Source: a virus. Taken from it: DNA of 51,324 nt. The position numbers and the translations under genes are program-made. The stretch is taken from the IMG/VR virus record IMGVR_UViG_3300027863_000005, positions 1 through 51,324 of that record. The stretch is one strand, 5' to 3'. Under the pieces are notes generated by a model that was not told the DNA's origin, ran no database searches, and saw only the letters and a list, made by a program, of their open reading frames with translations. Below, piece after piece: positions 17,080-24,281 of this stretch (position 1 is its first letter; every line of letters starts with the position of its first letter).

Positions 17080-17850
17080 ATGCCAAGAAAGAATTCCCTG
17101 GCAACATCAAAATCCGTTCCGCTTGGCGACGCAATAGAAGAACCGATGAAGCGCATTGCCGCCCTCATTCCTGAGGGGGATGCATATGCCGTTGTCGTCA
17201 GGCCCGATGGGAAACAGGAGTTCTTCGCTTCTGCCGATGAGGCGCGGGCTGCGGCCCGCGCCTCCGGCGGAAGGGTCCTCGTGCGTCCGACGCGCGCCGG
17301 ACTGCGAGTCGTCGGCGCAGCAATTGGGGCAAGCGCTGTTGACCAGGGCGAGACTACCACAACGGTGCAGCCAGTTGCCAACGGCGTGGCGCTGGCAACA
17401 ATTTCAAACAGGTATCTGTCACTCGTTCTGGTCATCCGCGATGGGACTGTTCAATCTGCTGTCGCGGCGGTAACGCTTGGTGTCGGCGACCGGTCTATAC
17501 CGGCAGTTGGCGCAGCAATGGCGGAAGAGCGTGAGGGCAAGGCAGCATCACCACAACATCACGTGGTGATGAAGGCCGTCACAAGGGCAATCAACAGAGG
17601 GCTGGAAGACCTCACCGGGGCGATTAACATTCTCGTTGAGAAAGTCCAGCGCCAGCAAGCGCCATACGTAACACTGATGAGCAAAGTGAAAAAACTCGGC
17701 CTGACGGTTCAGGCCGCAAATGAGCAACTCAAAAAGGAACTGGGCGTCGCCATGACGGAGGTTGGCTATGACCAGGTTGACCAGGCAATTGGAATCATTG
17801 AGCGGCTTGCTCAGGAGAGTAGAGGAGCGTCGCCAGACAGCAATCAATAG
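17080..17850 (+). CDS. Hypothetical protein (Ala-rich centre, helical C-terminus)
   Basis: RBS ACAGGAGGTGCAAG; 256 aa. Confidence 0.65.
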   Translation: MPRKNSLATSKSVPLGDAIEEPMKRIAALIPEGDAYAVVVRPDGKQEFFASADEARAAARASGGRVLVRPTRAGLRVVGAAIGASAVDQGETTTTVQPVANGVALATISNRYLSLVLVIRDGTVQSAVAAVTLGVGDRSIPAVGAAMAEEREGKAASPQHHVVMKAVTRAINRGLEDLTGAINILVEKVQRQQAPYVTLMSKVKKLGLTVQAANEQLKKELGVAMTEVGYDQVDQAIGIIERLAQESRGASPDSNQ

Positions 17851-18178
17851 AGCCGTTGAGCGCTTGCGTTCTATAACAGAAAGCGAGCCCATTGGGGCAG
17901 AATGGGATGCCGCGTGGGACGCCGTGTACTTTCTCATGCCGGACGGTCTGGTGCTCGTCGTTACGCAGGATGACGACATTGGCTTGCTCGTCAGGTGCCA
18001 CCACTGCAAGGGTCTCTTCTGGCTGAGCGTAGTCAGCGACCACAATCATCTGTTCTACGTGACCAGAGGCTACATTCCGCCTAACACTCACAGATGTTCA
18101 AACTACCAGCCGTCCGTGCCGCAACATATTGCTGACATCATCCGTGGAACAGCGATAAATATCCCGGAACTGAGGTGA
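17768..18178 (+). CDS. Hypothetical Cys/His-containing protein
   Basis: ATG 17768 after ACGGAGGTTGGCT (track start 17762 is TTG). Overlaps the previous gene by 83 nt. RCHHCKGLF...HRCSNY. Confidence 0.5.
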   Translation: MTRLTRQLESLSGLLRRVEERRQTAINRAVERLRSITESEPIGAEWDAAWDAVYFLMPDGLVLVVTQDDDIGLLVRCHHCKGLFWLSVVSDHNHLFYVTRGYIPPNTHRCSNYQPSVPQHIADIIRGTAINIPELR

Positions 18179-18181
18179 GAA

Positions 18182-18457
18182 ATGGCCAGGAAACGAATCC
18201 CAGACATGGATACGCTACTTGAAGCGTACTACAGGCACCTGTCTGTGCAAAAAGTAGCAGACGAATTTGGGCTGGCACATTCTACTGTCTGGAGGCGTAT
18301 AGGCCCAGTCCTTGAGAGAAAAAGAGCCGTTCGCAGACCTCTGGCAGATGTGCCAGAGGGGATGGCTATCAGAGAATGGGCAAGGAAAAACGGGGTATCC
18401 CCGTCAACCGTTTGTTACTGGAGGGAGAGATGCAAACAATCAAGTTCTCCATTGTAA
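18182..18457 (+). CDS. DNA-binding protein with two HTH-like segments
   Basis: RBS GAGGTGAGA. VQKVADEFGLAHSTVWRRI and IREWARKNGVSPSTVCYWRER. Confidence 0.6.
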   Translation: MARKRIPDMDTLLEAYYRHLSVQKVADEFGLAHSTVWRRIGPVLERKRAVRRPLADVPEGMAIREWARKNGVSPSTVCYWRERCKQSSSPL

Positions 18458-18975
18458 AACGGCCCAAATCAACGACCGTGTATCTCAATACAGTCAAAAT
18501 CATATCTGTTACACCGAATGGAAGGGTCAGGCGCTACCAAACCGACCTGACCCGGCACGCCGAACTCTTTGCGTGGCTCGTGATGGAAAGCGACACGCTT
18601 CGGGCAATCACCGGGCCGGGCATTGTCTCCTGTGTTTCCCTCAGCGGCAACCCGGTGGTAACGTTTATCCGCCGCCCATATAACTGGGCGATGGTTTTCC
18701 CAACCGGGAAGGTCGTCAACTTCTTGGAAGGTGAGAGCCGGTTGTTGGATGAAGCCCTCCGCCCGTTGTTGTCACCGACAACTATCACGATAGCGGAGCC
18801 CGACAGTCTGGACAAATTGCCGGAGAGCATCCGCCAAAAGTACGAGGCCGTCTTTGAGGCCGCCCAGGTACTGGCAGGCGTAGCCGTGTACAGCGATGAG
18901 AGAGCAGACACGGTAATCGGCGAGGCAATAGCCCTTGCCCTGAATATCCTCAGGAAAGCCAATCTTATTGTGTAA
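18430..18975 (+). CDS. Hypothetical protein
   Basis: ATG 18430 after GGAGGGAGAG; 181 aa. Confidence 0.55.
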   Translation: MQTIKFSIVKRPKSTTVYLNTVKIISVTPNGRVRRYQTDLTRHAELFAWLVMESDTLRAITGPGIVSCVSLSGNPVVTFIRRPYNWAMVFPTGKVVNFLEGESRLLDEALRPLLSPTTITIAEPDSLDKLPESIRQKYEAVFEAAQVLAGVAVYSDERADTVIGEAIALALNILRKANLIV

Positions 18976-18987
18976 AAGGAGGTACCT

Positions 18988-19455
18988 ATGCGAGCGATTT
19001 ACCTGCCGTCAATTGTGCTGTTAGTCATGCTGCTGGCTATACTGCTGGCGGCGTTCACAGCGTTAGCGGTATGGTCTCTCAACGGCATCCGTGTGCATGT
19101 TGCGGACGCCAGCACGAGTGATGTCGTGGTGGACGATGCCGGACGGCTGTCTCACCTTCTTAAGGACCATGCGCATGTCGCCGGGTGGTTAATCGTGAAA
19201 CTCGCGCTCCGTCAGGGGGCCAACTATAGCACATACTTTTGTCCCCCTTCCAGCGAATACCAGGCTCGCATCGTCATTGTTGTCTCTGATGAGACAAACA
19301 CGATGTGTGCTCTGGCAATCGTTCGTGCAATACCAAACGCAGATGGGACAAACAGTCTCATCACCTCATTCTGCCGACCTTGCGCGAAGGTTGCTACGTT
19401 GCTCAAACGTGATTCCTGCATGCCGCTCACAAAAATCCGATTCGTGTTTCCATAA
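18988..19455 (+). CDS. Membrane-anchored protein (N-terminal TM helix)
   Basis: RBS AAAGGAGGT; PSIVLLVMLLAILLAAFTALAVW. Confidence 0.65.
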   Translation: MRAIYLPSIVLLVMLLAILLAAFTALAVWSLNGIRVHVADASTSDVVVDDAGRLSHLLKDHAHVAGWLIVKLALRQGANYSTYFCPPSSEYQARIVIVVSDETNTMCALAIVRAIPNADGTNSLITSFCRPCAKVATLLKRDSCMPLTKIRFVFP

Positions 19456-19486
19456 ATCCTTTAAACCCAAAAGAAGGAGGTGAAAA

Positions 19487-19738
19487 ATGGATGCTGCGCT
19501 GGTAGTCGGAATGGTAGAGTTATTCAAGTGGGTAATTCGCGACCTTTACCCGACTGCCCCGGACTGGGTCTGGCCAATTTTGGCCATTGCGGTAAGTATT
19601 GGGCTGGAGATTGGCACCGATGGCATGTCGTGGAACTCGGTGCTGGCAGGCATCCGGCTCGGCCTGACCGTCTCCGGCCTTTACCGTGCAGTGATGCATG
19701 TTGCTCGTGGTGCCAGCCATGACAGAGAGAGTTGTTGA
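19487..19738 (+). CDS. Small membrane protein, holin-like
   Basis: RBS AGAAGGAGGTGAAAA; 83 aa. Amphipathic N-terminus then WVWPILAIAVSIGLEIG and VLAGIRLGLTVSGLY hydrophobic segments, with a charged C-terminus. Confidence 0.45.
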   Translation: MDAALVVGMVELFKWVIRDLYPTAPDWVWPILAIAVSIGLEIGTDGMSWNSVLAGIRLGLTVSGLYRAVMHVARGASHDRESC

Positions 19739-20102
19739 ACTGCTTGAGCACTACAGCGACCTGCATGAGGCGCTGGAGGCCACTCTTGCGCAAGCACAGG
19801 AGAGGCGTGACGCGGTCATCCCCCCGGAGGTGAAAGCCGCCGTCCAGGCGATTGACGCAGAATTCCAGCCAGCAATTAGCGCTCTGGAAAGCGCAATTGC
19901 GGAAACAAAGCGGCAAATAGAGATACTTGTCCTGGAACTCGGCCAGACTGTGAAGTCTAACCGGGCCGTAGCGGTCTACAATAGAGGACGAGTAACATGG
20001 GACAATCAGGCATTGGAAGGGTATGCAGTGGCGCACCCAGAAATCCTTGCATTTCGCAGGGAGGGCGAGCCATACGTTACTATCCGGCGCGTGCTACCCT
20101 GA
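19698..20102 (+). CDS. Hypothetical coiled-coil protein
   Basis: Last plus-strand gene before the bidirectional terminator. Start ATG 19698 or 19719. Confidence 0.55.
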   Translation: MLLVVPAMTERVVELLEHYSDLHEALEATLAQAQERRDAVIPPEVKAAVQAIDAEFQPAISALESAIAETKRQIEILVLELGQTVKSNRAVAVYNRGRVTWDNQALEGYAVAHPEILAFRREGEPYVTIRRVLP

Positions 20103-20144
20103 CTCCTGCCCATGGAGAAAACAGAGGGGGGTGACCATAAACGA

Positions 20145-20180
20145 AAAGTCGGGCCCCAGGCGCACCTGGGGCCCGACTTT
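20145..20180. terminator. Bidirectional rho-independent terminator between convergent gene blocks
   Basis: aaagtcgggccccagg-cgca-cctggggcccgacttt: 16-nt perfect arms with a GC-rich core. T-rich tract follows on both strands (TTTCTTT on plus, TTTTCGTTT on minus). Confidence 0.85.
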
Positions 20181-20193
20181 CTTTGGCAGTGGC

Positions 20194-20511
20194 CTATCTC
20201 AGTACCAGGTTCAGCACCGCTGTGACAACGGCCAGAATCATCGCTGTCAGGACAGCCTCAAGGATTTTCCCAATTCGGCGGAGCGCTTGCTCTACTTTGG
20301 TCAGCCTTGAGACAATGCTCTCGTTATCTGCAAACAGTCTGTTTTCCACCAGGTTTATACGGTCTACCAACCCCTGGCCATCTCCACAAGTCACCACCCA
20401 CAATTTCGCCGTCATAGTGTTCAGGCTATCAACGGCTGTGGCCAGTCGGTCTAATTGCTGTGACATCAGGTTGAGTCTTGCTACAATTGCCTCGTTTGTT
20501 TGCCCATTCAT
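20194..20511 (-). CDS. Coiled-coil protein with C-terminal TM anchor
   Basis: RBS AGAAGGGG; C-terminus ILEAVLTAMILAVVTAVLNLVL. Last gene of the minus-strand block. Confidence 0.6.
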   Translation of the reverse strand: MNGQTNEAIVARLNLMSQQLDRLATAVDSLNTMTAKLWVVTCGDGQGLVDRINLVENRLFADNESIVSRLTKVEQALRRIGKILEAVLTAMILAVVTAVLNLVLR

Positions 20512-20547
20512 TGATTGCCCCTTCTGATTGCTTCGGGGCCTTGTGCT

Positions 20548-20748
20548 TCAGGAACCCCGCAGCAATGCCCCGAACATCACAAAGAACGACAGTCCAACCG
20601 CCACGACTGCCAGTATGGTTCCCCAGCAAATTGGCCATCTCACACCAGCAGCAAATGCCCCCAATGCGCAGAGAAGACCTGCCGCGAGTGGGCCCACCCC
20701 TCCAAACAATAGTGCTCCCAGCCGCTTGTCAGCCTTTGTCGGTCGCAT
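20548..20748 (-). CDS. Small two-TM membrane protein (holin/antiholin-like)
   Basis: 66 aa; LGALLFGGVGPLAAGLLCALGAFAAG and WGTILAVVAVGLSFFVMFGALL. SD spacing is poor. Confidence 0.5.
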   Translation of the reverse strand: MRPTKADKRLGALLFGGVGPLAAGLLCALGAFAAGVRWPICWGTILAVVAVGLSFFVMFGALLRGS

Positions 20749-20774
20749 CTCCTTTGCTCTCTACGAGCCTGCCT

Positions 20775-21503
20775 TTACGGTGTCCAGGATGCCCCATTTG
20801 GCACGTAAAGCGAAGGCAGTGTGTATGCTCCCGGCAATGATACTGTGCCGCCGGGAAGGACGGCGTCATTACCATAGACTTCCATTCCAGCCACATACAC
20901 GGAATCGCGGCAGAGAAGTTTTAAGCCTGACAGAGAGGTAAATAGCAGACCATAGCCACTATCCAGCCCCAATGCCTCGCACGCCATGTAGTAGGACTGG
21001 GTAGCATTCTTAATGGCGAATGAGCCGTGGTATGGCGCGCCACTTAAATAGATGGCGGCGTTGTTAGCGACGTAACGCACTGCCGCCGTGCCGGGGCCGC
21101 AGGCGCCAATCACCTCAACGGGCGGAGTAGTGGAAGTTTTTGAGAAAAACATGGATAACTGGTGAGATGAAGAGGGCGACTTGGCCACGATTGCATGGGA
21201 CGTTTCATTAGCCACAAACCACCAGTTTGCAAACCAGCCTGTCCACCCTACGGCCAATACGATAATGGCGTTGCTTAATGACCCGCCACCGGTATGGCTG
21301 TCCCCGTATATCAGCGTTGGACGTCTATCTGTATCGTTGTTCAAGTCCAGCCGAATCAGTTTCGCTGAGCGGTTGGACGACCATACCAGTGTGTAGTCGG
21401 ACTGATACACAACCACCGGTGACATACCCGACGCAGACATTGCGCCGATTAACGAGTTGAACAGCGCTGCGCGATCCGTCGCGTCCAAAGTAAAAACCGC
21501 CAT
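20775..21503 (-). CDS. Tail-fibre-region protein (unknown)
   Basis: ATG 21503 after GAGGTGAGT. Follows the tail fibre gene. Confidence 0.55.
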   Translation of the reverse strand: MAVFTLDATDRAALFNSLIGAMSASGMSPVVVYQSDYTLVWSSNRSAKLIRLDLNNDTDRRPTLIYGDSHTGGGSLSNAIIVLAVGWTGWFANWWFVANETSHAIVAKSPSSSHQLSMFFSKTSTTPPVEVIGACGPGTAAVRYVANNAAIYLSGAPYHGSFAIKNATQSYYMACEALGLDSGYGLLFTSLSGLKLLCRDSVYVAGMEVYGNDAVLPGGTVSLPGAYTLPSLYVPNGASWTP

Positions 21504-21510
21504 ACTCACC

Positions 21511-23334
21511 TCACACCGGGACGTTGGATTGAGAAAGGGAAACCTGCAGCATGGAAGCCGGAGTTCCAGAGTTTGCTGGAACGATTGGCAAATCCATGCT
21601 GTGGGCAATGGCTTCGCACTGAACTGTCCCCCAGGTGACCTTTTCGCCGTCCCACATCAGGACGTCCCCCACGTTAGGCATCGTTTGCAGGTCAACAGGC
21701 CATGGGCCAATCTGGTCAGCCTTCTGGTAGTCGGAGAGCCTCCCGGCCAACCCATTAACACTGATGACGTCTATACCGCCCTGCTCATGGGTGTGGTGAT
21801 GCGGGCCGCCGGGCGAGATGTCTGCAATGGCCAGTGGCAACCAACGGTCAGTCAGGTAAGCCAGCACAGAAGGCTCCAGCGGGGCATAGGGAATGCTCCA
21901 GTTCTGGTAGTCGGGCAGGGTCTCTGGAATAAAGTTCCCAGGCGAACCACCAGAATGGCGCACGGTTCCAAATCCAATTACCCCACCAAGATAAGTGTCA
22001 TCCAGCGTTGCGTTACCCCCATCCAGTCCCAGTAACTGGATTCGGGAATGTGAGGCCCGGATGACCTCGCCGCTCTGGTCATGGGATTCCAACAGAAGAA
22101 ATTCGCACCACTGACACTCCAGGGTTGACGACTCCTCCATTCGCAACCGCCCACACTGTACATGGCTCAAGTACACATTCGCAGCACCAGTTAACAATAT
22201 GCTGGGGTCGCCGATGCCAGTAATATGCAGGTTGAGCAGATAAACAACGCCACCGTTCACCGTTACCACCGGACCGGGGCCATTATGCGATATAAAGACT
22301 GTACCTGGTGTTAGCCCGGCGAGCGTAACGTTATTTGAGATAACAGTCTGCTCATTGTACGTGCCGGGGGGAAGATAGACAGTGCCTCCGAAATTGCTGT
22401 TGATGGCCTCCTGGATGGTGTCATATTGGACAACCTCGCCGGAGATGATGCGGAACGGCTTTGTCGGGAATCCACTACTGGCAATAGAAGAAAGGGGCTC
22501 CGGCTGCCAGCGTCCATTGAGAGTCCTGTACACAAGAAGCGAGTCTGCTGTTGGTGCCCAGGGGATGTTGTAATTGCGGTACGCCTCTGAGGGCGGAAAG
22601 TTTGCCGGGGAACCGCCGGAGTGATGGACAGTAATGTTGCCACTGAATGAGGCCAGGTAAGAATTATAAAGCGCCACTGCGGAAGGACTGCTACCGCCGT
22701 TGATGGTGCCAATATAGCAAAAATTTGCATAAAGGATAGTGTCCGCTGAACTGGACTCAATTATCAAAGAGTAACAACGAACCCGAATGAAGTAGATGTA
22801 GCCTGTGTCAATTGCAATCTCAACTTCATCGGTTTCGGTTTCATCCAGAATGGCATACTCGCCACCTGGGGCAAATCGGATAGCCGGGCCAGATTCCTCG
22901 GCCTCAACCCAGAAGCCGGTGATTCGGCACCGGCTCACCACTGTTATCACTGGCCCGGTACTGTAAGTAATCCGGCATCGCTTTCCACCGATGGCTACCA
23001 GATGTACCGGCTTATTAATTGTAACCTGCTCGTTATAACTGGAAACGCCCGACGGCGGAGCAGGAACATAGATAAGGTCGTCAGGAGACGCAGCATCAAT
23101 GGCTGCTTGGATGGAGTCATACTCCACCACGCCCGCATCAGTGACCCGAAAAGGCCTTGTGGGGAAAGCCCCTCCCCCTCCCCCTCCACCGGGCCCGGTG
23201 ACAATCTGGCCGCTCTGGTACTGCAAGTACTGGCCATTCACAAACAGGTCAGAACGGAAAGCAATCCCATCCAACTCAAGCGGATGCGACGGGGCCTCAA
23301 CAAGAATATGGGGTCCTGCCTGGATTCTACCCAT
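21511..23334 (-). CDS. Tail fibre/tailspike with internally duplicated ~225-aa module
   Basis: Gly7 linker. PTRPFRVTDAGVVEYDSIQAAID...HHSGGSPANFPP...IPWAP repeats as PTKPFRIISGEVVQYDTIQEAIN...RHSGGSPGNFIP...IPYAP. C-terminal PHHHTHEQGGIDVISVNGLAGRL resembles fibre motifs. Confidence 0.65.
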   Translation of the reverse strand: MGRIQAGPHILVEAPSHPLELDGIAFRSDLFVNGQYLQYQSGQIVTGPGGGGGGGAFPTRPFRVTDAGVVEYDSIQAAIDAASPDDLIYVPAPPSGVSSYNEQVTINKPVHLVAIGGKRCRITYSTGPVITVVSRCRITGFWVEAEESGPAIRFAPGGEYAILDETETDEVEIAIDTGYIYFIRVRCYSLIIESSSADTILYANFCYIGTINGGSSPSAVALYNSYLASFSGNITVHHSGGSPANFPPSEAYRNYNIPWAPTADSLLVYRTLNGRWQPEPLSSIASSGFPTKPFRIISGEVVQYDTIQEAINSNFGGTVYLPPGTYNEQTVISNNVTLAGLTPGTVFISHNGPGPVVTVNGGVVYLLNLHITGIGDPSILLTGAANVYLSHVQCGRLRMEESSTLECQWCEFLLLESHDQSGEVIRASHSRIQLLGLDGGNATLDDTYLGGVIGFGTVRHSGGSPGNFIPETLPDYQNWSIPYAPLEPSVLAYLTDRWLPLAIADISPGGPHHHTHEQGGIDVISVNGLAGRLSDYQKADQIGPWPVDLQTMPNVGDVLMWDGEKVTWGTVQCEAIAHSMDLPIVPANSGTPASMLQVSLSQSNVPV

Positions 23335-23342
23335 CTTGCTCC

Positions 23343-24281
23343 TTACCGCTGGAAGTTTATCACCACCCCACCACCTGAAATTGTACCAGAGAAGGACGAG
23401 TTTGAAAAGTCAAGGGTCACCCCCGAAGCAACCGTGATGTCTGCTGTGAAACTCGCTGTCGGAGTAATTACCCGGTCACCGGATGACGCCTCAGAGAGGG
23501 CAGATAACAGCCCGGCATCTGTTGCGTCATACAGGCTCACTGCGCCAGTCGCAGAGATTCTGCGGATTGAACGTAACTGCCTGGCAGCTTCCTCAACGCG
23601 GGACAGCGCGATAGCAGTCAGGGTAGGAGGTAATTCGCGGATGTCCAGAATGTCACCCCAGCCAATCTCGGATACTCCCGGCCGCAATCTTACCATGGCA
23701 AGGGGTACGACACCTGGAGCAATGGCGGGCGCGTGCTCGTATACATCCACTCGCGGCCAGCAGGCGTCAACGTCAAGCGTGATAACTGCGTAACGCGTTG
23801 TCTCTCCGTAAAATGGCTCCAGGTCCAGGATGAAAGTGGAATATAACTCGCGAACCTGGAGATTGCTGTCAATCACCGTGCTGGGGAAAACACGCACCCG
23901 CAGCGATGGAGGGGTTGTGGGTGCAACCATTAAGGGCGTGTATTGCTCTTTACGCGACCAAACGACATCATCCCCACCGCCCTCGCGGGCAAACTCGTGA
24001 GCATCATGATGCCAGGCCACGTAATGAGCATCGCCCAGCGTTGGCATTGCCAGATGGTCTATATCGGTCACGACCCACGCCGAGTTCTGCCATTCTACCA
24101 CCACCGGCAAGTTAACCCTCGCTGGGAGCGAGTAGTTCCGTGCACGGATAACGCCATTGGGTGTGCGGACTAACACAACATTCCGCTCTACAACTTCCGT
24201 GATAACGCCAGTGACCCTCTCGCCCTCACCAGATGAGAGCGCATCACTGATAATACCGGCAAGTCGCAGTTGCAGAGTCAT
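23343..24281 (-). CDS. Tail-tip/baseplate-region protein
   Basis: Call is by position. ATGA overlap with the upstream gene. N-terminus ERVTGVITEVVERNVVLVRTPNG could be an OB-fold spike-like segment (weak). Confidence 0.45.
   Translation of the reverse strand: MTLQLRLAGIISDALSSGEGERVTGVITEVVERNVVLVRTPNGVIRARNYSLPARVNLPVVVEWQNSAWVVTDIDHLAMPTLGDAHYVAWHHDAHEFAREGGGDDVVWSRKEQYTPLMVAPTTPPSLRVRVFPSTVIDSNLQVRELYSTFILDLEPFYGETTRYAVITLDVDACWPRVDVYEHAPAIAPGVVPLAMVRLRPGVSEIGWGDILDIRELPPTLTAIALSRVEEAARQLRSIRRISATGAVSLYDATDAGLLSALSEASSGDRVITPTASFTADITVASGVTLDFSNSSFSGTISGGGVVINFQR

Noticed and set aside
19698-20102. Possible Mu Gam-like nuclease inhibitor (N-terminal coiled coil followed by a beta-rich G.V.W motif).
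   Set aside because: The resemblance is architectural only. I could not align specific conserved residues, so it is left as hypothetical.
20429-20638. 69-aa minus-strand ORF bridging the two small membrane-protein genes.
   Set aside because: It overlaps both better-supported ORFs out of frame, has no SD, and has a basic, low-complexity composition.
23166-23190. C-rich/G-rich simple repeat (cctccccctccccctccacc), considered as a G-quadruplex or phase-variation tract.
   Set aside because: It encodes the in-frame Gly7 linker (GPGGGGGGGAF) of the fibre protein. Interruptions every 5-6 nt make slippage unlikely. A G4 on the coding strand is possible but nothing supports a role.
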